A program made the position numbers and the translations under genes. A DNA stretch of 35,979 bases from Conidiobolus incongruus B7586 (Eukaryota). The DNA lies in contig JNEM01007286.1 in NCBI GenBank assembly GCA_000697335.1, positions 1-35,979 of the forward strand. The letters run 5' to 3'. Every line of letters starts with the position of its first letter. The first letter of the stretch is position 1. Below, piece by piece: positions 12,065-24,552 of this stretch. The notes beneath the pieces were generated by a model, which searched no databases, was not told where the DNA came from, and worked only from the letters and a program-made list of their open reading frames with translations.

Positions 12065-15000
12065 ATGAGGATGTCATTTTTAACAAAAGTTAAAACTTTT
12101 ATGCAGACCCAAAATCAGAAAACAGATAAATTACCTCCAAGGACGGTACATTTCAACGAGGATTCAACTACAACATTTCCAGACAATACTATACGAAGTG
12201 CTAAATATACGATATGGAATTTCCTTCCTAAAAATCTATTTATCCAGTTTTCTAATCTTATCAACGTTTACTTTTTAGTTATTTCTATAATTCAATTTAT
12301 TCCAGGGGCTAGTACAGTCGGTCAAATTTCTACACTACTACCATTGTCTATTTTTGTCAGTTTAGCCATTCTTCATGAAGGTTACGATGATTTTAAACGC
12401 CATAAGATGGATTGGAAGGAAAATGAAAGGCTTGTAACTCGACTTTCTAAACCTATTGATTATATGAAAACTTCAACGGATAAAATTCCCCTTTCACCAG
12501 GTCATACATTATCTGAATCAGTGGCTTGTGCAAGTTTGAGAGTTGGAGACATAGTAAAGGTGCACCAAGACGAATGGATTCCTGCAGATATGGTTATTCT
12601 TGGTTCATCTCATCAAGATGGTACATGCTATGTTGAAACTGCATCACTTGATGGAGAGACAAATTTGAAAAAGCTACAGACACTCAAAGAGCTTCAGGAT
12701 CTGTTCCTCTCTGATCCAAGTTTTCATCAATTGAGAGGATATATAAAATTGGAAGAACCCACTTTAGATTTATATTCAATTCAGGGATATTATCATTTAT
12801 CTTCATTTGGATCCTTTCAAGAAGGGAGCCAGATGCCTCTCTCGATTAATCAAGTACTATTAAGGGGAACAGTTCTTAGAAATACACAGTATGTATATGG
12901 TATTGTTGTTTATAGTGGCGAACAATCCAAAGTACGACTCAATGCAACAAAGCATGTTCAAACCAAAATCCCATTCTTGCAGAAAACGATGAATCATCTA
13001 TCATTGATTGCATTTTCATTAGTTTTTATTCTTGCCATAGCTGCAACTTTGATTAATCTCAGTTTCAAAGCCAACTATGTTGCCAATGTAACTTATTTAT
13101 TACATGGAAGAATGCCAGACAGTTGGATCTTAAACTTTTTAAGCTTTATCATTATCCTTAACACGATTGTTCCAATTTCTTTATTTGTCACGATGGAATT
13201 TTGTAAAATTATCCAAGCTTTATTTATTACTCAAGATCTTACAATGTATAACCGTGAGAAGGATACACCTGCTTCGTTCCATACTACACAGCTGAATGAA
13301 GACTTGGGTATGGTATCTTATATCTTTTCTGATAAGACAGGTACACTCACCGAGAATGCGATGTATTTCAGAAGAATGGCGGTAAATGACATTTCATATC
13401 AATTAGAAGAAGAGGCAAGATTGTCAAGGTCAGCATCCAGAAGGAGCATTGATTTTTCTCAGGCAATGCCCCAAGCCACAGCCCTTGTCACTTTCTCCAG
13501 GTACTCCTTTATATTCTGCAGAAGATACAGAGTTCGAAAATGCATTCAAATTTGATCCATCGAATCCTTATACGATGGGTTTAACTTTCGCACTTTGTCA
13601 TGCCGTAGACCCTGAACAAAGTGGTACTCTTCCTCCAAAGTATCGAGCAACATCTCCTGATGAGTTCGCCCTTGTTATCGCTGGTCACCAATTAGGTTTT
13701 ACATTTATGAGACGTACGACAGCCAATATGACCATTTTGAATCCAGCATCAGGAAAAGAGGTCACTTTGACAATCCTCAATTGCCTTGAATTCACTAGTG
13801 CTCGTAAAAAGATGTCTATCGTACTTCAGTTTCCGGATGGAACCATTCGTTTATTGGTCAAAGGTGCTGATTCTGTCATGATACCAAAACTGCATAGTGG
13901 TCATACATCTGAACAAATTACTAAATTGGAGAGCTCCCTCTACAAATACAGTTGCGAGGGGTTAAGAACACTGGTATTTGCATTCAAAGATTTAAACAAG
14001 AAAGACTATGAAGATTGGAAACTGAAGTATGATCAAGCATCTCAAAAAGTAGGTGGAGATTCAGATGAAATAGATGAGTTATGCTCTGATTTAGAAACCG
14101 ATCTAACCTTGTTGGGATGTACTGGGCTTGAGGACCAACTGCAAGAAGGTGTCCCTGAAGCAGTTTCTCTCTTACGCCAAGCTGGAATTAAAATTTGGGT
14201 CTTAACAGGTGACAAGCTTGAAACTGCGATCAACATTGGTCAAGCATGTTCGTTAATTGACCCTCGCTCAGAAATGATTATCTTAGACCATCATTTGGAT
14301 GATCTGAGTCTTCAAATCAAGATAGGGTTAGACAAACTTAAATCTACTTTAACTCCTGATACAGCCGTCAATCAGGATTTTGTTTTGATTATTGATGGTC
14401 AAACATTTGGTATCCTAGATAGTGGTCCTTCTGTTCTTAAAGAGTCGTTTTTAGATTTGGCACTTCAATGTGGAAGTGTGATTCTATGCAGATCATCCCC
14501 ATCTCAAAAAGCTCAAGTAGTGCAAATGGTTCGCAAGAGAACTCCAAAATCCGTCACATTAGCCATTGGAGATGGTGGTAATGATGTTGCGATGATTCAA
14601 CAAGCACATGTCGGTATTGGTATTTCCGGAAATGAAGGTGTAATGGCCGCAAAATCAAGTGATTACGCTATCGCACAGTTTAGCTACCTTTTTCCCCTCT
14701 TATTGGTCCATGGTAGATGGAATTATCATCGAATCACAAGATTTACACTGCTTACATTTTATAAATGTATGGTGTTTTATATGACCCTCTATTTCTATCA
14801 GACTATGACTGGGTTTTCCGGTACTTCTTGGTTTGAAAATTGGTCTTATATTGTATATAATTCAATCTTCACACTACTACCAGCGATTGCTATCGGTACA
14901 TTGGATCAAGATAAACCCAGAAAGTTACTATTATCTAATCCTGAGGATTATTCACAAGTGGGACCACATCACAAGTATTTGAACTGGAAAACTTACATTT

Positions 15001-15473
15001 ATCACATTGGTATGGCTCTAGTGCATGCTTGTATTATCGTACTTCCATATATCGTAATTTTGAAAGATAACTCTTGGGTTTACAGAAATGGAATTCCTCC
15101 TTCAGCTCCGCATATTATTTACATGGGTCAAAGTGTTTACTTGACAGTTGTATTAATTGCTGATCTCAAAGTTGCTGTACTAGCATCACACTATGTTACA
15201 TTTATTCACTTTGGATTCTTTTTAATATCACTTATCGTGTACTTTTGTTTTCAATTTGTTATTTCAGCATTTCGAGGAGACAATCATGGGTTCATTTTAC
15301 ACAATTACATTTACGAAGTCTTAGGATCTCCCACCTTTTGGATATGTTTTATATGGAGTATTGGAACCATTCTATTTTTAGATTATTTAGTTAAAGCAAT
15401 TAATTTACTTTTTTTTGAAAACTCTAAAAATTCCAAATCAGATGGAGAAAAAATAAGTTTAGATTGTTTATAA
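12065..15473 (+). CDS. DNF3: P4-type ATPase phospholipid flippase, DNF3-like; split across two frames (+1) in the overlap 13407-13555
   Basis: ORF1 has DGETN, PISL and DKTGTLTEN; ORF2 has SPDE, EFTSARKKMS, KGAD, GLRTL, TGDK, GDGGND and C-terminal TM segments. TM1-2 loop QFIPGASTVG and EGYDDFKRHKMD resemble the DNF3 clade. Family is secure; subfamily and intactness are less so. Confidence 0.85.
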
Positions 15474-16335
15474 CTAAATCATTGTTTAATAATAAAAAGT
15501 ATTATATATTTAAATTCAATACAACAATCTCTTCAAATAGTTTTTTATTTGATATTTTTCTCAAAATAGATTTTGCAGAATTAATTTTATTTGTACTCTA
15601 ATTGATGAAATTTTTCATGAAATTTTTTCTTTATATTTTAAAATTTCTATTAGTTATAAAACAATAATCACATTGATTATGAACTAGTATTCAGGTAAAT
15701 AACTTTGGATTTTCCTTTAAATTTTGTATTATACGAGAGCAAAATATCATTTATTCCAATTCACATTTACATTTTGATTATCTATTAAGAATATTTAGTT
15801 TTAAAAAATAATTAAGTTTTATACAATTTTAGGTATTTTGCTATAATAAAATAGAAATTATATATTATCGATGATATAGATAGAAGTTTAATACAAAATT
15901 AATAGAATCACATTATTTTTTAGAGAATAACTTACATAAGTTATAATGGTAATTATTATATTAAGATTGAACACACTTGTATTTGACTTTTCAAGATTTG
16001 TAAGATTGACATTTTAATTGTACATTTCATTCAACACTATTTCAATTTTAACTCTGAACTGTGTATTATATGATTTTTACTTGATTTATTAATGAGTTTG
16101 TGACATATTTTATTGTTAAATATGTTTTATTTTTACAATAAAATAATTATTGAGTATATGCTATGAATCAATCATCTGAGCTTGATATTAATTGAAAGGC
16201 TGACAATTTTAAAAGATATTGGTAAGATATTATTCGATAATTGATTTAAATGAATTTCAATTATTTTAATATATTTCTCACAGTGATACCAAGAGTTGAT
16301 ATATTTGATAATAAATATGAACATATACATCACCT

Positions 16336-17976
16336 TTAATTCTTATTATTTTTGTCGACATAAAGGAATTTCCTATTCTTAAAATATTTATCTTTGGCAC
16401 CTTCAGGTTTAGGTTGTCTAAGTTCTGGATTTTCCAATTCAATACCTTGTGCAGGAGTAAATGACAGAGAGGTAGTAAACCCAGAAGCATTGGCAGTAGC
16501 ATTCATAATTGCCTTGTGGCGCTTATTAATTGTACCCTTAATACGAGGATCCGCAACAGCTGCTCTGACTTTACCATTACTGGTACCAATCATACCAAGC
16601 CCTTCAGAGGAATCAATACCCATGGCTTCTTCTTCAGCGACACCAAATGCCATACGGTTTCGAGCTTTTTGAAGTTCAGTGATTGCATACGCTTCTTTAG
16701 CTTTGCGAATTCTGCGACCTGCTCTACGTTTCTTGGGGCCATCATCTGGTACAGGTAAAGCTTTGACATTTTTGCTAGGTGGTGGTTCAATTAAACGCTC
16801 CATTCGTTTATCTGCTTCCTCACGGAATTTACGGCCAACTGAACCATCAGGTGCTTCTTGGGAAAGATCAATTCTGGCTGCTAATGCGCACCTATGCAAT
16901 AATCAGTATAAATTGATAAATGATCTCAATGTAATGTAAAAACTTACTTGGCTGAGAGAATTCTCACAAATTTATTTCTCAAATCTGGTGGACTGGCCTG
17001 AATAATTGGTGCACTATAAATGAGACCTTCGTGAGCTTTATTGCTCACTCTAGATAGACCAGTTGCAACTAATCGATTGGCACCCAGTGTTTGAATGTTA
17101 CAAGATGGAATCTTACATAAAGCAGCGATACCACCAGCTACGCCCATTAGCTTAGCTGCTGTTCTAGTACCAATAATAGCAGAAAGATTAGGCGCAATAA
17201 ATGTCATACGAGATTCAACATAATTAAGGATTTTGGTTCTATCATCGTCTAGATCTAAGGCAAGTTGAGCAGCTTCCAATACATGTGCTAACTGTGTCTC
17301 GGAGAGGGGTTTACCAACCGTGGCAGCTCCTTGAATGTTGACAATCATGATAGTTCCAGAAGGTAAAATCGGCTTCAAATCAACTTTACTCAAATCCATT
17401 TCATTGCCAATCGCTTTAACTGTTCTTGCATAATCTAAAGGGTTAGGGACTAATTGCTCCAATTCAGGAAATCGCGCAGCATAATGATCTCTAAGATACT
17501 AGAAATACAAGGTTAATATAGTCAAAATTAAAGTTGACAATAAAAATATACCTTATGAATAACTACAATTTCATTATCTATTTCAACAGTTAAATTGTTT
17601 GCAGAAATAATTAACTGGTATTCTGGATCTTGTTCTATTGTACTTGTGAGCTGTAAATTATGTTCTTTAGGTTGGTCATTAATTTTCTATAAAGGAAAAA
17701 TTAATTAAATGAATATATGTAAATTCAAAATATGTATAATACCTTCATAATTTCTTCATAATTTTCAGTAAATTTTAATTTTGAAATTTTATAAATACTT
17801 TTAATTATTTCGTCTTTAGTATTAGTGTTATTAGTAGTATCATTAGTAACGGTTTTCGTGTTATTAACCAAATCATATGAACTGAATTTAGATTCTGTGG
17901 TGGGGGTTTCATTAGTTTGTTCGGTTTCGGATACATCAGAATCTAAGTTGGCTAATAAATCATCGATATCAGACAT
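16336..17976 (-). CDS. PRP31: U4/U6 snRNP protein Prp31 (4 exons)
   Basis: Exons 17976-17743, 17686-17552, 17498-16948, 16891-16336 joined by GT-AG introns of 53-56 nt; motifs RDHYAARFPELEQLV, ESRMTFIAPNLS, KALPVPDDGPKKRRAGRR, NRMAFG, SLSFTPAQGIEL. Confidence 0.95.
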
Positions 17977-18533
17977 TATAGAATATAATTAATCTATCAA
18001 AATTTATAATTTTTAAAACAAGAATTTGTTCAAACTGATAATCCAATCCTTATACTAATAAATGTAGTAATTACTATTATGGGATTATATTTTCTAATCT
18101 GTTTCATTTGATATGTCAGCATTTAATAAAATAAAACTTAATAATTAAATATGATTATTTGATATTTTTTTAGAAAATGGTATCATTGAGTAAATTCAAA
18201 TGATCGAATTTCAATACTTGATTATTCTTTAAAACGAAAGATAACAACATATTTAAATTGCCTAATTTCAATTTATAACAAATTCAAACACACTCTACTT
18301 GTATTACTAAGTTATAAAGTAGTAAATTTGATCACTACTCCGTTATATTATTCTTAAACTTTCATAATAGTGTAACTAAATACAAATGTCAAATCAATCT
18401 TTATATTCAGTTTATTCTTGTTTATAATGAAGTAATTATTGATGATTGAAATATTTTGCTCTATAATAGCCAAAAATACAAATATAATTAGGTTAAACAT
18501 GATTGAATTTATTAATTCGATGAATATTATAAA

Positions 18534-19903
18534 TCATTGCTTATTAATATCCAAATCATCCAATGGGATAGGTTTCTCATCTATTAATTTGGCTAATTCT
18601 TCCTTTCTAAAATTCCAATATTTGGCTCTGATAATATCTCTCTTAGTCAATTGTTCAGCCAACTAAAATTATTATTGTTAAAATAGTTAATAATTAAAAT
18701 AATCAAACTAAATACCTGTAGAGCCAGTTGACCATGATCTTGATTTTGGGTAGATTTGAATGATTCTACATATGTTTCAAATTCAAAATCTGCAAAAAAT
18801 TTGGAAGAAATAGGGGGAGTTTGTGATTTGATGGTATCAATTGCTTCCAGTAACTTTGGTAAAGAATTTCCTTTGAAATAATGTCGAATTATGCTAAATC
18901 AATTAATATTAATATTTTTCATTGATATAATAAAATGTTATGTGGTACGAGGGTAAATAGTTCCATGAGCATTCGTTATGAGGAGCCATTTGTATTTTAG
19001 AAATGGTATATCTATTTAAATATTTAATAAACAATTGATAGATTAAAATAACAATATATTAATTACTTGATTTCATTTTCTAAAATTTCATCAGTGAGTT
19101 TTTTGGGACGCTGAGTTAAGATATAAAATCGCTGATTCCAAGCAGAGTTATTTCTAATATCAGATTCAATCATTTCATTAACGAATTCTAATTCTTCATC
19201 CCATGTATTAAATGTTCTAACCACCCATTGACTAATTTTTTTGGAAATAAATTAAGTCATAACATTATTAAGTTGACTATAATAATTACCTATAACTCCA
19301 AGCATGAAAATTTTTAGAATCCTCCTCCAATACATTTCTTAAGAATTTTCTTTCAAACTTAGATTCCTTTAAATGTCCAATTACAAATTGGCGATGTTGC
19401 CTTCAAAAAAATTAATTCAATATGCAATATTTCTAAAATATTAAATATTCACCATAATTGATAACATTTTGGATTTTCTTCAACCAAATTATTTAAAAAT
19501 TCCAACTCTTTCAATAAGTCTATCTTTAAATTTAATATCAACTTCTGTCTATATAGCCTAGTGCAAACATTAACTCAAGTTTGTTATATGACATTAAGTT
19601 TGAATAATACCAAACAGTATAATGAGCTGGATTTAAAAGGATCACTTCTTCAGTAAGCTTTAAAGCTCTTTCACTCTGTTCATCTTTTTGAACAATAGCT
19701 CGAAAGTAATCCATCGTATTTTTATCTAAGAACAAGTTTTAAAATTGATTTTAAATACATATATTATCAGAGATATTACATTCATGTGAATAAGCAATTG
19801 GGACTATAGGGTTGGGACCTTCGTCTTGTTCAATAGGAACAATATCACTCCATTCTGGGCGTTCGTTGAATGGAACGAATTCTTCATATTGCGTTTCTGC
19901 CAT
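18534..19903 (-). CDS. RAM2: Protein farnesyltransferase/geranylgeranyltransferase-I alpha subunit (8 exons)
   Basis: ATG 19903, TGA 18536-18534; spliced product has EWSDIVPIEQDEGPNPIVPIAYS, MDYFRA, LNPAHYTVW, KCYQLWQHR, KNFHAWSY, DIRNNSAWNQR, NECSWNYL, DIIRAKYW; seven GT-AG introns. Confidence 0.93.
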
Positions 19904-20174
19904 ATTATAATAAAATAATTCTTAAATAATTAAATTAACAATTATCTGATGTCACACTCTCCAATGTTAAATGGATATGAATTGATTTTATTTTTATGGG
20001 ACTATCTAGTACAGGTTTACTAAATTTAATCTGTAAAAATAATGTTTTATTTTGAACTGATATAACAATTTAACTACAGTTATAATATATCAAAAAACTG
20101 ATAAAAATATACTTAATGAATTTATTATTTTTGTTAATATGATCACTAAATGATGAAATACAATTAGTTATTGA

Positions 20175-23100
20175 CTAATTCCAATGATTCACATATTCAA
20201 ATATTTTACCATAGCAACTGAAGAAGAGAGGAAAGAAAGGTGATAACTGATCTAAACTTATACATAGAATGTCCTGAATGGGTCTCAAAAATCCTTTCAT
20301 TTGTTTCAGTTTTTGTTTGGATGGAAGTGTAAATTCAAATTGATTAGATAGTTCCAAGTCGACATTATTATTCGTGAATTGAATATATGCCCATATTGAT
20401 TTGTTAAGAATTTGTCCAATTTCAATACATGTAATCTCGGGCGTCATATAGTAAAGGTAGTTAAGTGGGGAGGTGATGAGGTTCGATTGAGTTAAGCATA
20501 GGATAAGTTTTTGTGTCAAATATAAATACACTGGAAAATCCCTCGTCGTCGATTTTTTGATACTTTGACCTTCAAATCGTCCTTTACTATTCCAGAAAGA
20601 AGTCAAAGAAATCAGCAAAGTTAGAAAAATTTTGGAAGTTTTAGTCAATGGTTCTTTGTGGGTAGTTGACAGTAGTAAAAATTCCATCAGGTAAGAATGT
20701 GTAACGAATTTGCTCAAAAGTTCCCATTCAGGAATAGCTGATGGAATTACGGTATATTTCTTTTTAAATAAGTCAAAATCCCCTTTGTTAAATGGCGTGC
20801 ATTGATATTGAATAGTGAGGTATCGAATAAAAACGTTATATATCGTGGGAGAATCATTGAACATTTTCAAAACACTAAGAAGATCATTGAGATTGGCGAA
20901 TTGCTCATTGGTTGGATTGGGAAACTGTGGGAAATAGCAAGTAGAGTCGGCTTCCTTGAGTTGATTTCGGTAATTCTTTTTGTACCTTGGAAGATCTGTA
21001 TGCATAGCTCCTGTTCCACGATCTGAAATAGCAAATTCTCTATTGGCTTGTAGAAGATTAATTTTCATGGGTTCTATCAATGGTAAATTGGTTATAGAGT
21101 TTTGCGACTCGATATAGGAGAATAGTTGATCAACAAACAATGATGCAATATGTTCACTGCAACCTTTTTGACTAAGAATATAAAATAATTGCTTAGTGGA
21201 TTGAAACAAAGGACTTGGTTCATGATTTAATTTATATTGAACCCTTTGGTTAAATGAATCAAATAAACAATCTACAGTGAATTTAACTATCCTTTTCAGG
21301 GATATTAACGAGATATTGTTTTGAAATTTCAAGAAAAATAAGGTGAAGATAATACCGTGATGCCCAGTGTTCATGTCAAGTTTAGACACATAATTAAGTA
21401 AAACACTACAATCAAAGAGGCTATTATGTTCTAATGGGAATTTTCTAGATGCAAATAAAAACGTAAAACTTTCGAGGACTTGATTTTGAAGAGATGAGTC
21501 GAGTTGTTTGAATTGATGGGGCCATTTCCCGAGAACTGAGTTTTATCAATTGAATAAGAAGCTTTATGTGTATTAGATTCGATAACCAAATTCAACAATG
21601 GATTGTACAAAGTTTGTCCTAACGGGTGATAATGATACTCCGGAACACTGACATCATTCATAAACTGATTAAAAAATCCGGGCGCTTACAATTGATGTGC
21701 CGGATTAAATAATGCTTCGAACAGTTCAGTACGAAAAGATATAAAATCCTGCTCATTTAAAGTCATTTTAGATCTAGTATGTGATAGTATTGATTGTGTA
21801 TGACTGTAAATTGTAGCAAGCTGTTCATGAGATGATGGTGGGTCCAAAGTTTGGTCTGTAGGAGGAGGACGGGTTTTTAAAGAAGAATATATCTGTACTT
21901 GTTTAGATATGTTGCAAACTAATTCAAATCTGACATCTAATAAATTGTTAATGTACTCTTTCAGCTTATTTGTCAAGGTATCATTCTTGCTACCAAACTG
22001 TTGATATATATTTTGAATCGATTGAATGACTCGATCCAAATAAACTATCAACCAATATATCTCTTATTACAATGCTGATGTATTTAGAATCACCTAAATT
22101 ACAATAATAAAAGAATGATGAATCCTCAAGAGATTTTACTAGTATGCTACCCGTATTCGAATCTTTGACTGAAGGAATGAAAAATCCTATAGAGCTCTCA
22201 TTAATATAAGGTATTATACTATCCTCGATAGATTTAAGAGAAAGCATTTCCAATCCATGTCTTAAAACACCTATATATGATGTTAATATTAGTATATTGC
22301 AAATAAACACTTGTTTACCATAAAAACAGTGAGGAAGAGCTTTCATGACATATATAAATGAATAAAGTAATTCATATCCAACATCTATTAACAATTGAGT
22401 TATATAAAATATTAATTTTAAGTGAATGATTTGCCGAGATAATCTGAGGTAGCAAAATCTATTTTTTGACTAAAGTTGAGTTTTATAACTACATGCATAA
22501 GAGCTAAAAAAGTCTGAATAACTGATTGACTAAATTTCTGGTCGTGTTGGTTATTTCTTATGAGAAGTGCTAAATCTAATTTTGCAAAAAGTCGATGCGA
22601 TTCGTCCGATTGATTATTAGATTTGTCGGCATGAAGCATTTGTATTAAATAAAGGGCCAGCAACTTATTAGGTGAGCATTGTATTAGATAATTCGCTAGC
22701 CATAGAAGATTTTTGGTTGGATCACTACTTTTACAGTTATCATCCAAAATATACTAGGCTAGTATTTTAATTTTTCAAAGAAATTAAATCCTTGGCTTGA
22801 GAAATTTACCTGATATACGATGTTTGGAAGGAATGTTTGGCTTAACCTTTCGGGAATAGCATCTATGATGATTTTAGAGAATGATTAATTTAATCTGATA
22901 TCACGTAGCTCTTGTTTGATATTGAATTGGTCTAAATGAGTTTGACAAGATAAATATGATTTATTTTGCCACTCTTTTTGATAGTGGAAGTCGAGTGCTT
23001 TACAAGTTTGTAAATTAACATAACTTTGTGTATCAAACATTAGAACTAAAAGCACCTGAATGTAGCCCATACTAAATAGCCATTAGTATAGAATCAAAAT

Positions 23101-23698
23101 AGTGATTAGATTAATTTAGCTTGTAGTTGAGGAATCATCCAATCTCATTTAAATATTATTATTAGTGAGAATAATATTAAACAACAAAAAGTTATTATCC
23201 ATTAGCTTAATGAGATAAATAATTAAATTTGAATTGAAGAAGTTATTTAATTTTAACTCCTGTATCTTAGAAATTCTTTCATAAAGTTTGAACGTTTGTA
23301 AATCTAGATCCATCCTTTAGTTCTATAAAATTTTATATTTTCAAGAATATCACGTACCGGCGATATCAACATCATCGTTTTCTGATAAATATTGTAAAAT
23401 TATCTAGACCCTGTTTAATTAAAGTTGAACTATTAAATTGAAAAAATCATACTAATGCCCATTGCTTCCATAATTGAACTAATTGCTCGAGTAGACACCA
23501 ATCAGACTGAAATCCTTCCCTGCATTCAGCAGATTGATGGAATTTTAATACAAAATCAAGGAATGGATTTTGTATCTCAGAAAATAAGTTGTTTAATTTG
23601 GATTGAAATGTGAATTTGTCTTGTAAAGTAAGATGAGAAATTGAAGAGAATTCATCAAGTAGTTATTTTAAATTTTCCGCGGCAGGAAGTTTTATTAT
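20175..23698 (-). pseudogene. Disabled ~1,070-codon multi-exon gene of unrecognised family
   Basis: Reconstructed exons 23698-23453, 23403-23358, 23303-23120, 23071-22810, 22753-22435, 22384-22319, 22270-20175 with 48-56 nt introns; in-frame TAA at 23663-65, 23149-51, 22885-87, 21686-88; frame changes near 22060 and 21545; ATA rather than ATG at the apparent start; donors CT (23119) and GC (22434). Confidence 0.7.
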
Positions 23699-24552
23699 AG
23701 AAAATAAATCAAATCAATAATCCAAAAATAAATAAAATCAATTCATTTAACTAGTACTAAATTAATATTTCATTGCATTGTGATTGGAACTATTATCCTC
23801 AATTAAGCTATTTTGGGTTTATTTTTTTTATGGGATCATTTAATAATATTCAATTTCAGAAATTTGTTGAAATTTTGGCCCTAATCTTTCATTTAAATGG
23901 TCCGCATATCAAAATTTCAATCTATTATCTCATCTATAAATAATGATTTAAACAATTCTTTAATTATCAATATATTATCTTTCCATCAATATATTTATAT
24001 TATGTATTTAATTAATTTTAATAAATTCTATTTATCATGGATAATGATGAAACGCAGTTAAAATTAATAGAAAATTTGAAAAAATTGATGAATCGAAATT
24101 TTATTGAAATTAGATTGAATTAAATGAATTATCCGATTCACATTTCAAAATTTAATCTAAAAAATTTTGAAACGTTACAAGCTTAAATTAAATCACTTAA
24201 TTCAGCTAAGGTTGGAATCGCAGACTACGGTTGATTGGTATTAACTATGACATTTATTAGTTTTAAATCTACAATCTGATACTTGTGGTGTAATCATTTA
24301 AATACCATCATACCTGCCATTCTGTTCAGTTTTTTTAATTAATTCTCTTTTATCAAGCTGATTTAGGATTGTTATTATAATTCATTTTCCATATCTTTAT
24401 ATCTTGTAAGATTTCTTGGCTTTTACTTTCCTTGAACTTTTCTTTTCTTTATTTTTTATTCATTCTTGTCATTTACCAGGATTTAGCTTCAGAGTTAATA
24501 TTTTTACCAAGTTCATTTGCAAGGTTAACAGCTTGAGATATTATCCAACAAA

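Noticed and set aside
13501..13530. AG|GTACTC...CAG mini-introns in the flippase overlap
   Set aside because: 21 and 30 nt are multiples of three and cannot repair the +1 break.
16278..16939. Several overlapping antisense and alternate-frame ORFs over PRP31 exon 4
   Set aside because: Shadow ORFs of a relatively GC-rich exon; no recognisable motifs.
19229..19292. RAM2 splice junction yields HAWSYSQW instead of the usual HAWSYRQW
   Set aside because: A single substitution at a split codon in an otherwise intact gene; not enough to claim anything unusual.
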